From an uncultured Gemmatimonadaceae bacterium (GTDB taxonomy: Bacteria; Gemmatimonadota; Gemmatimonadetes; Gemmatimonadales; Gemmatimonadaceae), in the NCBI GenBank assembly GCA_963716745.1, contig OY970320.1, forward strand, positions 1,792,001 through 1,856,000: 64,000 bases of DNA, given 5' to 3'. The notes beneath the pieces are model-generated. The model did no database searches, was not told the DNA's origin, and was given only the letters and a program-made list of their open reading frames with translations. The translations under genes were made by a program, and so were the position numbers. Below are positions 42,072-51,811 of this stretch, one piece after another. How positions within the stretch are numbered: the first letter of the stretch is position 1; the number at the start of each line of letters is the position of its first letter.

Positions 42072-43436
42072 TCAGTACTTAGCGAGATAATTCTCCAACT
42101 CCCAAGCACTCACCTGCCCGATGTAATCCCGCCATTCCTGCCGTTTCGCCGCGACGAAATGACTCGCGATATGTGTCCCCAACGCATTCGTGATGACCTT
42201 GTCCTTCTCGAGCTCATCACACGCCTCGTTGAGATCGTGCGGCAGATCATCGATGCGCAGGCGGCGTTTCTCGCGGAAACTCATCTCCCAAATGTTCTCG
42301 TTCACCGGCTCCCGGTGGTCGGCCTTGGTCTCGATGCCGTCCAGTCCCGCCGCGAGCATCACGGTGAGCGCGAGATACGGGTTCGCCGCCGGGTCGGGCA
42401 CGCGGAGCTCCACGCGCGTGCCGAGCCCGCGCCGGTCGGGGATGCGGATCATCGGCGACCGGTTGCGCATCGACCACGCCACGTTCACCGGCGCTTCGTA
42501 GCCCGGCACGAGCCGCTTGTAGGAGTTCACCAGCGGATTCGTGATCGCACAGTAGCCGCGCGCGTGACGCAGCAGGCCGCCGATGTAGTGCAGCGCCGTC
42601 TTGCTCAGCTCCCACTCGGCCTTCGGGTCCCAGAACGCGTTCTCCTTTCCGCGGAAGAGCGACTGGTGCGTGTGCATCCCGCTCCCGTTCTGGCCGAACA
42701 CCGGCTTCGGCATGAAGCTCGCGACGAGTCCGAACTGCTGCGCGACGTATTTCACGACGAAGCGGAAGGTGGCGATGTTGTCCGCCGTCGTGAGCGCGTC
42801 GGCATAGCGGAAATCGATCTCGTGCTGCCCGTGCGCCACCTCGTGGTGCGCCGCTTCCACCTCGAAGCCCATGCGCTCGAGGATGTCCACGATATTCCGC
42901 CGCGCATCTTCGCCCAGGTCCACCGGGGCGAGGTCGAAGTACGCGCCGACGTCGTGCGTCTCCGTGGTGGCGCTCCCGTCGGCCGCCCGCTTGAACATGA
43001 AGAACTCGGCTTCCATGCCGGCGTTCATCGTGTAGCCATGCTTCCGCGCGAGGGCGATCTGACGCTTCAGCGCGCCGCGCGGATCGCCGGCGAACGGTTC
43101 ACCGTCGGGCGTGTTGATGTCGCAGATGATGCGCGCGACCTTGTTCTGCGCGCTCTCCCACGGGAAGATCTGGAACGTCGAGAGGTCGGGCGCGAGCAGC
43201 ATGTCGGACTCCTCGATGCGCACGAACCCCTCGATCGAAGAACCGTCGAACATGATGTCCCCGTCCAGCGCCTTCTCGAACTGCGACGCCGGGATCTCCA
43301 CGTTCTTGTTCACACCCAGGATGTCGGTGAACTGGAGGCGCAGGAACCGCACGTTGTTCGCGCGCGTCAGCTCGAGGATCTCCTTCTTCGAGGCGCCCGC
43401 CGTTCTGGGCGCCGGCGGATGCGAGCGATGCGGCAC
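42072..43436 (-). CDS. glnA: Glutamine synthetase type I
   Basis: RLQFTDILG, FDGSSIEGFVRIEESDM, HHEVAHGQHEIDF, FMPKPVFGQNGSGMHTHQSL, NSYKRLVPGYEAP, ELRVPDPAANPYL. GTG 43436 has a GAGGT RBS. Confidence 0.95.
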   Translation of the reverse strand: MPHRSHPPAPRTAGASKKEILELTRANNVRFLRLQFTDILGVNKNVEIPASQFEKALDGDIMFDGSSIEGFVRIEESDMLLAPDLSTFQIFPWESAQNKVARIICDINTPDGEPFAGDPRGALKRQIALARKHGYTMNAGMEAEFFMFKRAADGSATTETHDVGAYFDLAPVDLGEDARRNIVDILERMGFEVEAAHHEVAHGQHEIDFRYADALTTADNIATFRFVVKYVAQQFGLVASFMPKPVFGQNGSGMHTHQSLFRGKENAFWDPKAEWELSKTALHYIGGLLRHARGYCAITNPLVNSYKRLVPGYEAPVNVAWSMRNRSPMIRIPDRRGLGTRVELRVPDPAANPYLALTVMLAAGLDGIETKADHREPVNENIWEMSFREKRRLRIDDLPHDLNEACDELEKDKVITNALGTHIASHFVAAKRQEWRDYIGQVSAWELENYLAKY

Positions 43437-43469
43437 GAATACCTCACGATGCGGAGCGATGGGGAGCCC

Positions 43470-43498
43470 AACGTATGGGCGATCCGTCATTCTGTCAA
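43470..43498 (-). promoter_or_regulatory. Sigma-70-type promoter of glnA
   Basis: Minus strand TTGACA-17 nt-TACGTT, 33 nt upstream of the GTG start. Confidence 0.7.
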
Positions 43499-43571
43499 AG
43501 GAAACGTGCACGATCTGCAATTTCCGGGAGACACATCGCGCTCCCGCGGCGTCTCGCTTAGCTTTCCGCCC

Positions 43572-44390
43572 ATGATGAGCGATCCGTCGGCCCTGGTCAC
43601 GTGCCCCAATTGCGGGCATTCCGCGAGCGGGAAATTCTGTTCCGAGTGCGGGGCCACGCTCACTGGCGGCGTGTGCGCGTCCTGCAAGGCCGAACTCGCT
43701 CCGGGCGCGAAGTTCTGTCACCGCTGCGGCACGCCTACGGGCGCAGCGACCAAACGCGCCCCTGCGGTTGAGGAGACCACGGCTCCGGTGTCCCCCGCGG
43801 CCACCGGATTCGCCGCGATGGCACCATGGGCGGTCGGCGGCATCGCGCTCGTCGCCTTCATCGTGCTCGCGATGTCCCGCCGCTTCAGTGAGGACGCCCC
43901 CGCGGCGGCCGCCAACACTCCGCTCGCCAGCGCCGGCCCGATGGCCGGCGGCACCGCACCCGACATCAGCTCGATGTCGATGAGCGAAGCAGCCGCTCGC
44001 CTTTACAACCGCATCATGCGCCTCGATTCCGAAGGCAAGAAGGACAGCGTCGCCATCTTCGCGCCGATGGCGATCCGCGCCTTCCAGATGATCCCGCCGG
44101 CCGAAGTCGACGCCGACGCGCGCTACGATGTCGGCCGCGTCGCCCAGATCGCCGGCGCCCTCCCGCTCGCGCGCGCGCAAGCGGACACGATCCTCGCCGC
44201 CGCACCCACGGACCTGCTCGGCCTCACGCTCGCCATGCGCGTCGCGCGCGACATGGGCGACACGAAGGCTGCCGCGCGCTACGGCAAGCGCCTCATCGCC
44301 GCCGCGCCTGCCGAGCGCAAAAGAGATGTGCCCGCCTACCAGGCGCACGCGGCCGACATCGATCACGCTCTCAAGGAAGCGGCGCAGTAA
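43572..44390 (+). CDS. Double zinc-ribbon membrane protein
   Basis: CPNC...FCSECG...CASC...FCHRCG, one TM helix ([16 protein letters not shown]) and a helical C-terminal domain. Confidence 0.8.
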   Translation: MMSDPSALVTCPNCGHSASGKFCSECGATLTGGVCASCKAELAPGAKFCHRCGTPTGAATKRAPAVEETTAPVSPAATGFAAMAPWAVGGIALVAFIVLAMSRRFSEDAPAAAANTPLASAGPMAGGTAPDISSMSMSEAAARLYNRIMRLDSEGKKDSVAIFAPMAIRAFQMIPPAEVDADARYDVGRVAQIAGALPLARAQADTILAAAPTDLLGLTLAMRVARDMGDTKAAARYGKRLIAAAPAERKRDVPAYQAHAADIDHALKEAAQ

Positions 44391-44404
44391 CGCGTCGTCC
44401 CGCC

Positions 44405-45244
44405 ATGACAATTCGCACGATCCACGTCGCCCACAGTCCGGACTCCGACGACGCGTTCATGTTCTACGCGCTCGCCGAAGGCAAGATCGACACCGGCGAT
44501 CTCCGCTACGTGCATGAGCTGCAGGACATCGAGACGCTCAATCGCCGCGCGCTCAAGGCGGAACTCGAGGTCACCGCCGTGTCCATCCATGCATACGCGT
44601 ACCTCACCGACCGCTACGCGCTGCTCCCGCACGGTGCATCGATCGGCGATGGCTACGGCCCGCGCCTCGTGGCGCGCCAACCCTTCACGCGCGCGCAGGT
44701 GAGAGGCAAGCGCATCGCGATCCCCGGCACGCTCACCACCGCGTACCTCGCACTGCGCTTGTACGAGCCCGACTTCGAGGCTGTGCCGGTGCACTTCGAC
44801 AAGATCGAGGACGCGGTCGTGGCCGGCGAAGTGGATCTCGGTCTGCTCATCCACGAGGGGCAGCTCACGTACGGCGAGCGCGGCTTGCACCTCATCGCCG
44901 ACATGGGCGTGTGGTGGGCCGAGGAGACCGGCTTGCCGCTCCCGCTCGGCGGGAACGTCGTACGGAAGGACCTCGGCCCCGACACCGTGCGGCTCGTCTC
45001 GAAACACCTGCACGCCAGCATCGCGTATGCGCTCGATCACCGGAAGGGCGCGCTCGACCACGCGATGCGCTTCGCGCGCGGGCTGGACCGCGACAAGGCC
45101 GACACGTTCGTCGGCATGTACGTGAACGCGTGGACCCTCGATTACGGGGAGCGCGGACGCCGCGCCGTGGCGGAATTGCTCGCGCGCGGCACGCGGTCGG
45201 GCATCATTCCGCATGCGGCGAACGTGGAGTTCGTGGACGCCTAA
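44405..45244 (+). CDS. mqnD: 1,4-dihydroxy-6-naphthoate synthase (futalosine pathway, MqnA/MqnD family)
   Basis: [58 protein letters not shown]. Confidence 0.88.
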   Translation: MTIRTIHVAHSPDSDDAFMFYALAEGKIDTGDLRYVHELQDIETLNRRALKAELEVTAVSIHAYAYLTDRYALLPHGASIGDGYGPRLVARQPFTRAQVRGKRIAIPGTLTTAYLALRLYEPDFEAVPVHFDKIEDAVVAGEVDLGLLIHEGQLTYGERGLHLIADMGVWWAEETGLPLPLGGNVVRKDLGPDTVRLVSKHLHASIAYALDHRKGALDHAMRFARGLDRDKADTFVGMYVNAWTLDYGERGRRAVAELLARGTRSGIIPHAANVEFVDA

Positions 45245-45383
45245 GAGCGCCCTAATCACTGCGGGTTACAGAGGGCGAACGCGGTCGTCACTGCCCCGTG
45301 GATCTACACCGCCGTAGCTTTTGGGTCCGCGCGACGCGCCCCGTGTTCGCGCGTTCGATCTCCCGCTGCGCGTGTGGGCTGAC

Positions 45384-48059
45384 ATGACCACGCCGACCAC
45401 CAAGGACGTTCCGATCCACGAGCCGACGGCGCCGGCGAGCGATGTCTCGCAGGGCGCGCGTGAAGCGCGCGCGCTCGCGGAGATCGTGCACGAGATCAAT
45501 CAATCACCCGAACTCCATCGCGTGTTCGCGCTCATCACGCGGCACGCGACGGAATTGCTTGGCGCCGAGGGGGCGTCGGTGGGCATGCTCGAGAACGGTG
45601 AATTCTCCACCGTGGGCGCCTGGGGCGAAGCGCGCACCGGCGTCGGATCGCATATCGCGATCGACGATGCGCTCTGCGCGGACGCGTTCCGCGCCAGCCG
45701 GCCGATGCGGCGGGCGATCGCCTCGGCGGCCGCCGCGCCGCGCAACGTCGTCGCCGCGCCGGTGCTGGTCTCGCAGCGCGCCGTGGGCGCGATCACCGTC
45801 ATCGGCGGCGCGGCGCGCGATTTCAGCGAGCACGACGAGCAGATCCTGCTCGCGCTCGCGAATCACGCCGCGCTCGCGATCGAGAACGCGCGCCTGCTGC
45901 GCGCCTCCGTCCGCACGCTGCGTCACGCGGGCATCCTCGCCACTTCTGCGCGCAGCCTCGCGCTCAACGTCTCGCCGCAGACAATGTACGCCGACATTTG
46001 GCGCATCGCGCACCAGTCGCTCGGCGCCGACGGCATCTCGATCTTCCTCGCCGACCCGGGCACGCGCTCCGTGGAACTCGGCTTCGCCGGCGGCCTCGCC
46101 GCCGACCTGGTGGACCGCATCCTCCCCGCCTTCTGGGAGACCTTCGCCGGACGCTCGCTCACCACCGGCGTCGCCGATTTCCGCCGGAATCTGCACACCG
46201 TCGGCGACCGCCCGATCTCGCGGCAGATGATCGAACGCGGCATCAACGCGATCGCGATGCTCCCGCTCGTCGTCGAGGGACGGCCCCGTGGCCTGCTCTC
46301 GCTGCGCTTCCGCGAACTCCAGGCGTTCGAGCCCGAACAGCGGCAACTGCTCACCGACTTCAGCTCGCACGCCGCCGTCGCGCTGCGCAACGCGCTCCTG
46401 CTCGAGCGCACGGAGCAGCGCGCCGCGCGGTTCTCCGCCGTCGCCAAGGTGCAGCAGGCGATCTCCGGCGTGCTCTCGCTCGCCGAAGTGTACGCCGAGA
46501 TCTACCGCGCGGTCGCGTCCGTGGTGGACGCGCCGAGCTTCACGCTCATGCGCTTCGACGAGGAATCGCAGGAGTTCATCCCCGAATACGTCGTGGACGA
46601 TGGCCGCTCGATCGACTGCGCCGACCTGCCGCGATTCCCGCTCGGCGAAGGGATCACCAGCCAGGCGTACCGTCTGCGTGCGCCAAGTGTCGTGTCACGC
46701 ACGGCCGCCGGATGGACCGGTCCCACGATCGAGATCGGCGACACGAACAGTCCGGCGGCGCTTCTGAGCGCGCCCATCGTGCATGGTGACCGCGTCCTTG
46801 GTGTGCTGCAGGCGCAGTCGTTCTCTCACGACGCCTATGACTGGGGCGATGTGGACCTCGTGATGCTCATCGCGCGCCAGGCGGGCACCGCGATCGCGAA
46901 CGCGCATCTCTTCGAGGCAGAGCGCCACGAGCGGCTCGAAGCCGAAGCCGCCGCCGAAGTGGCGCGTGTCGCGCTGCGCGCTCCCACCGTGGACATCGCC
47001 GCGCGCGAGATCCTGCGTCTGCTCGACGAGGTCGCGCCCTCGCGCGCGTGGGCGCTCGCCGTCGAACAGACCACCGATGCGGGACTCCGCGTCGCCGGCG
47101 CGCGCGGTGATGCCGCCGACCTCGCCGACACGCTCCTCCCGCCGGGCGTCGCTCCGACCATCCCGGGCGCTTGGGACGCCGTGCTCGCTGTCGTCGCGCG
47201 CGATCACGCGGTGGGGCTCCTCGCGATCGGCGCCGCGGTGCCGGGCGCGGCGCGCCGCCTCGCCACGGTCACGCGCCTCCTCCCGTCCATCGCGCTCGCA
47301 CTGCACAGCATCCGCATGCGCGACGAGGAACGCCGGCTCGCCGAACAGATCCGGCAGTCCGAGAAGCTCGCCGCGCTCGGGGAACTCGTCGCCGGCGTCG
47401 CGCACGAGGTGAACAATCCGCTCGCGGGGATCTCGGCGTTCGCGCAACTGCTGCAAGAGGATCGGCTTACCGCGGAGCAGCGCGAGGCCGTCCAGATGAT
47501 CAAGCGCGAAGCCGACCGCGCGGTCGCCGTGATCCGCGATCTGCTCACCTTCGCGCGCAAGTCGGGCCCGCGCTACGTCGCCGTGGATATGAACGCGCTC
47601 ATCGAGCAGACCCTCCGCCTGCGCCAGTACGGCCTGCGCACCGCCGGCGTGGAGGTCGAGCTCCGGCTCGAGCCGGATCTCAAGCCGCTGCATGGCGATG
47701 ACCGTCAGCTCCAGCAGGTGCTGCTCAATCTCATCGTGAACGCCGAACATGCGATGGCGCAGTCGTCGCACCGTTCGCTCAAACTCCGCACGATGAACGA
47801 CGGCCCGCGGATCGTGATCGAAGTGAGCGACAGCGGCGTCGGCATGCCGCCCGAATTGCAGGCACGGATCTTCGAGCCGTTCTTCACGACGAAGGGCGAG
47901 GGCAAGGGCACTGGCCTCGGGCTGTCCGTCAGCTACGGCATCGTGCACACGCACGGCGGCACGCTGCAGGTCGAGAGCATTCCCGGCGGTGGTTCGACGT
48001 TCCGCATCGGGCTGCCCGCCGACCGGCGCGCGCCGTCCATCGCTGCACCCTCCGCATGA
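45384..48059 (+). CDS. Cytoplasmic multi-GAF sensor histidine kinase
   Basis: Three clear GAF repeats ([37 protein letters not shown]), H-box [10 protein letters not shown]-box [26 protein letters not shown]. Confidence 0.93.
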   Translation: MTTPTTKDVPIHEPTAPASDVSQGAREARALAEIVHEINQSPELHRVFALITRHATELLGAEGASVGMLENGEFSTVGAWGEARTGVGSHIAIDDALCADAFRASRPMRRAIASAAAAPRNVVAAPVLVSQRAVGAITVIGGAARDFSEHDEQILLALANHAALAIENARLLRASVRTLRHAGILATSARSLALNVSPQTMYADIWRIAHQSLGADGISIFLADPGTRSVELGFAGGLAADLVDRILPAFWETFAGRSLTTGVADFRRNLHTVGDRPISRQMIERGINAIAMLPLVVEGRPRGLLSLRFRELQAFEPEQRQLLTDFSSHAAVALRNALLLERTEQRAARFSAVAKVQQAISGVLSLAEVYAEIYRAVASVVDAPSFTLMRFDEESQEFIPEYVVDDGRSIDCADLPRFPLGEGITSQAYRLRAPSVVSRTAAGWTGPTIEIGDTNSPAALLSAPIVHGDRVLGVLQAQSFSHDAYDWGDVDLVMLIARQAGTAIANAHLFEAERHERLEAEAAAEVARVALRAPTVDIAAREILRLLDEVAPSRAWALAVEQTTDAGLRVAGARGDAADLADTLLPPGVAPTIPGAWDAVLAVVARDHAVGLLAIGAAVPGAARRLATVTRLLPSIALALHSIRMRDEERRLAEQIRQSEKLAALGELVAGVAHEVNNPLAGISAFAQLLQEDRLTAEQREAVQMIKREADRAVAVIRDLLTFARKSGPRYVAVDMNALIEQTLRLRQYGLRTAGVEVELRLEPDLKPLHGDDRQLQQVLLNLIVNAEHAMAQSSHRSLKLRTMNDGPRIVIEVSDSGVGMPPELQARIFEPFFTTKGEGKGTGLGLSVSYGIVHTHGGTLQVESIPGGGSTFRIGLPADRRAPSIAAPSA

Positions 48060-49126
48060 CCAGCGTCACCGTGGCGCCACCCGATCGCGACGCGGCCCGC
48101 GTACTGGTCGTGGACGATGATGAGACGATCCGCGTCGCGCTCTCGCGATTCCTGCGTTCGCGCGGGTATGTCGTGACCGCCGTCGGGTCTGCCTCTGATG
48201 CGCTCGCCGCCTTGGACCGCGACCATTGCGATGTCGCGCTCTGCGATGTGCGCATGCCCGGCATGACCGGCATGGAACTTCTCCCGGCGGCGCTCCGGAA
48301 GAATCCGGAACTCGCGGTCGTCATGCTCACCGCGGTGAACGACGCGCCCACCGCCACCGAGGCGCTGGCGCTCGGCGCATCGGATTATCTCGTGAAGCCG
48401 GTCGAGCTCGTGGACCTGCAGCAGGCCGTCGAGCGCGCCCTGCACCGGCGCTCGCTGCTGCGCGAGCAGAGCCGCGTGGAGCGCCTCGTTCGCGACGAGG
48501 TCGTACTGCGCACGACCGAGCTCGAGCGCGAGAAATCCGCGCTGCGCGATCTCACCGTGGAGGTCGCCGAGACACTGATCAACGCGATGGAGGCGAAGAG
48601 CATCTTCCTGCGCGGGCATTCGCAGCGCGTTGGCGAGCTCGCGGCGTCCATCGCCGGCGAGCTCGGGCTCGACAACGACACCATCGAGGCCGTGCGCCTC
48701 GCCGGCAGCCTTCACGATGTCGGCAAGATCGGTACGCGCGAGGCGGTGCTCAACAAGCCGGCCGCGCTCACCGCCGATGAGCAGGACCACGTGCGCGACC
48801 ACGTGCGGATCGGTGTCGAGATCCTCGCGCCGCTGCGGTATCTCGGACCGGTCCTCGACTACATCCAGGACCACCACGAGCAGTTCGATGGCGCCGGCTA
48901 TCCGCGCGGACTCGCGGGCGAGGCCATCTCGCTCGGCGGCCGTATCCTTGCGGCCGCGGATGCGTTCGACGCCCTCACGTCGCGCCGCGCATACCGCGAG
49001 CCGCTCCATCCCGCCGAAGCGATCGAATTCCTCGAGGGCGCGGCGGGCGCGAGGCTCGACCCCTCGGTGTTCCGCGCGCTGCGGAGTTGCGTCCTGCGCC
49101 GTCGGTCGCTGACGTTCATCGAGTAG
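48056..49126 (+). CDS. Response regulator with HD-GYP domain (putative c-di-GMP phosphodiesterase)
   Basis: REC motifs VVDDD, CDVRMPG, KP; then GHSQRV, LHDVGKIG, HHEQFDGAGYP, ADAFDALTSRRAY. Confidence 0.92.
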   Translation: MTSVTVAPPDRDAARVLVVDDDETIRVALSRFLRSRGYVVTAVGSASDALAALDRDHCDVALCDVRMPGMTGMELLPAALRKNPELAVVMLTAVNDAPTATEALALGASDYLVKPVELVDLQQAVERALHRRSLLREQSRVERLVRDEVVLRTTELEREKSALRDLTVEVAETLINAMEAKSIFLRGHSQRVGELAASIAGELGLDNDTIEAVRLAGSLHDVGKIGTREAVLNKPAALTADEQDHVRDHVRIGVEILAPLRYLGPVLDYIQDHHEQFDGAGYPRGLAGEAISLGGRILAAADAFDALTSRRAYREPLHPAEAIEFLEGAAGARLDPSVFRALRSCVLRRRSLTFIE

Positions 49127-49204
49127 CGCCGCGGGGTCCGAAGGCCGCCGACAGCACTTTTGCGGCCTTCCGCGTAGATTTGGCGGACCTTTCCATCAGA
49201 GACG

Positions 49205-50665
49205 ATTATCAGTCAGCCACGCCTCGCCACGGCCGCCATCGCGGCCGTGTTCGCTCTCGCCTGCACCGGCACGCCGCACGTTGACGGCGAGGCCGGGACC
49301 AGTCCCGCGCCCAATGCGCTGTGGACGCCACCGGCGCATCGCGACAGCGCAGTGGCGCACCCCGCGCCGCTCACGCTGCCCCCCGACATGCAGGCGCGCA
49401 TCGACAGCCTCACCCTGGGCGACGTGGTCGATCTCGCGCTGCGGAACAATCCCTCCACGCGCATCTCGTGGGAGAATGCGCGCGCCGCGGCGGCCGCATA
49501 TGGCAGCGCGCAGGGCGACTACTATCCCACCATCGATCTCGGCGTGAGCAGCACGCGCTCGCGCTCGCTCACCAGCACCGGCGGCGTGACCGCCGACCAG
49601 ACTGTGAGCGGGCCCACGGCTTCGCTGTCGTGGCTCGTGTTCGATATCGGAGGCCGCTCCGGGTCGATCTCGTTCGCCAAGAACTCCCTCATCGCCGCCG
49701 ACTGGACGCACAACGGCACGATCCAGAACGTCGTGCTCCAGGTCCAGACCGCGTATTTCAACTACGTGGCCAATCGCGCGCTGCGCGATGCGCAACAGCT
49801 CACGCTGCAGGAAGCGCAAACGAATTATCAGGCCACCGTCGAGCGCCGCCGCCAGGGGCTCGCGACCATCGCCGACGAACTCCAGGCCAAGACCCAGCAG
49901 TCGCAGGCCCAGCTGGCGCTCGAGACCACCGAGGGCGGCATCCTCATCACGCGCGGATCGCTCGCGAACGCGATGGGCTTCCCCGCGAATCTGCCTTACG
50001 ACATCGCCGGCATCCCGCCGCTGCGGATCGGCGTCGTCACCGACAGCGTGGACACGCTCATCGAGCGCGCGGTGAACGCCCGCCCCGACCTCGCGTCGGC
50101 GCGCGCCGAGGCCGAGGCCGCCGCCGCGAACGTGTCGATCGCGCGCAGCGCGCGGCTGCCGTCGCTCGAGATCAACGGCTCCGCCGGCCACAGCTACTTC
50201 AACGCGCTCGTGAGCGGCAACAACATCTACACGCTGAACATCGGCCTGAAGATCCCGCTCTTCTCGGGATTCTCGCGGGCCTACGATCAGCAGCGCGCCG
50301 AAGCGCAGGCGCGGAGCGCCAACGCGCAGGTCGAGAACGTCCGCCAGCAGGTGGTGCTCGAAGTTTTCTCGTCCTACTACGCCATGCAGACCGCCGCGCG
50401 CCGCGTCGCGACCGCCGACGACCTGCTCGCGAGCGCGAGCCAATCCGCCGAAGTGGCGCTGGGCCGGTACAAGGCGGGCGTGGGATCCATCATCGATCTG
50501 CTCACCGCCCAGAGCGCGCTCGCCGATGCGCGCGCCCAGGCCATCGAGACACGCTGGGTATGGCGCACGGCGCTCGCCCAGCTCGCGCATGACATCGGCA
50601 TCCTGGACGTTCGCGGCGAAAGTCCGCTGCGCATCACCGTCGACTCTTCCGTGAATAGAAAATGA
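49205..50665 (+). CDS. TolC-family outer-membrane efflux lipoprotein; start uncertain
   Basis: Lipobox FALAC; LALRNNP, VQTAYFN, ARPDL, RYKAGVGSIIDLLTAQ. The signal peptide extends upstream of GTG 49247 to about 49205. Confidence 0.88.
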   Translation: MISQPRLATAAIAAVFALACTGTPHVDGEAGTSPAPNALWTPPAHRDSAVAHPAPLTLPPDMQARIDSLTLGDVVDLALRNNPSTRISWENARAAAAAYGSAQGDYYPTIDLGVSSTRSRSLTSTGGVTADQTVSGPTASLSWLVFDIGGRSGSISFAKNSLIAADWTHNGTIQNVVLQVQTAYFNYVANRALRDAQQLTLQEAQTNYQATVERRRQGLATIADELQAKTQQSQAQLALETTEGGILITRGSLANAMGFPANLPYDIAGIPPLRIGVVTDSVDTLIERAVNARPDLASARAEAEAAAANVSIARSARLPSLEINGSAGHSYFNALVSGNNIYTLNIGLKIPLFSGFSRAYDQQRAEAQARSANAQVENVRQQVVLEVFSSYYAMQTAARRVATADDLLASASQSAEVALGRYKAGVGSIIDLLTAQSALADARAQAIETRWVWRTALAQLAHDIGILDVRGESPLRITVDSSVNRK

Positions 50666-51804
50666 CCACGCTCCCTCTCCGCCGTTCACTCGCGATCGCC
50701 CTGCTGCTCCCACTCGCTGCCGCTGCGTGCAACAAGGGCGCCTCCGGCCCGCAGCAGGGGATCCCGGTCACCGTCGCTAAAGTGGCAAGGCAGGCGCTCC
50801 CGTATCAGATCGACGGAACGGGCACGGCCGAACCGCTGCAGACCGTCGCCATCGTCTCGCAGGTAGGCGGGCTGCTCACGAAGGTCGCGTTCAAGGAAGG
50901 CGAAGATGTGAAGGAAGGACAGCTGCTCCTGCAGATCGATCCGCGGCCGTACCAGGCGGCGCTCGACCAGGCGGTGGGCATTCTCGAGCGCGACAAGGCG
51001 CAACTCGCGAATTCCGAACTCGACCTCACGCGCTACGAGGCGCTCGCGGCGAAGGACTACGTCACTGCGCAGCAGTACGAACAGGCGAAGACCGCCGTCG
51101 TCGCCGGGCGCGCGACGGTGACGTCCGACCAGGCGAACGTCGAGACGGCGCGGCTCAACCTGCAGTTCGCGTCGATCCGTTCGCCGATCTCCGGGCGCGC
51201 CGGCAGTCTGCTCGTGAAGCAGGGGAATCTCGTGAAGGCCGGCGGCCAGCCGCTCGTCACGATCAACCAGATCCAGCCGATCCTCGTGCGTTTCGTCGTG
51301 CCGGTCGTCCACCTGCCGCAATTGCGCCAGTACGGCAGCGGCGCGCTCCCGGTGCAGGTGCATCCCGGTTCCACGAGCGGCGTGGGCAACACGTCCACCG
51401 GCGTGCTCAGCTTCGTGGACAACGCCGTGGACACGATGACGGGAACCATTCTGCTCAAGGCACGGTTCGAGAATAAGGATGCCACGCTCTGGCCCGGCGA
51501 ATTCGTGAGCGTGACGCTCAACCTCTTCACGCAGGCCGACGCGCTCGTGATCCCATCTTCCGCCGTGGTGCAGGGCCAGCAGGGATCGTTCGTCTTTGTC
51601 ATCAAGCAGGACCAGACCGCCGACCCGCGTCCGATCACGATCGGCCGCATCGCCGGCGATCTCACTACGATCGACAAGGGGCTGACCGAGGGGGAGACCG
51701 TCGTCACCGACGGGCAACTCCGCCTCACCGCCGGCTCGCACGTTCAGGTCAAGGGAGCGTCGACGGTCGGTGGGAGCGCCGCCGGCACGACCGCCAAGGA
51801 GTGA
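50662..51804 (+). CDS. RND efflux periplasmic adaptor (MdtA-like)
   Basis: FKEGEDVKEGQLLLQIDPRPYQAAL, IRSPISGRAG, DNAVDTMTGTI, LWPGEFV. Confidence 0.93.
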   Translation: MTTLPLRRSLAIALLLPLAAAACNKGASGPQQGIPVTVAKVARQALPYQIDGTGTAEPLQTVAIVSQVGGLLTKVAFKEGEDVKEGQLLLQIDPRPYQAALDQAVGILERDKAQLANSELDLTRYEALAAKDYVTAQQYEQAKTAVVAGRATVTSDQANVETARLNLQFASIRSPISGRAGSLLVKQGNLVKAGGQPLVTINQIQPILVRFVVPVVHLPQLRQYGSGALPVQVHPGSTSGVGNTSTGVLSFVDNAVDTMTGTILLKARFENKDATLWPGEFVSVTLNLFTQADALVIPSSAVVQGQQGSFVFVIKQDQTADPRPITIGRIAGDLTTIDKGLTEGETVVTDGQLRLTAGSHVQVKGASTVGGSAAGTTAKE

Positions 51805-51811
51805 TCGACCC

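Noticed and set aside
43437..44411. 325-codon N-terminal extension of glnA in the 779-aa ORF
   Set aside because: Antisense shadow of the zinc-ribbon gene; the RBS and promoter support GTG 43436.
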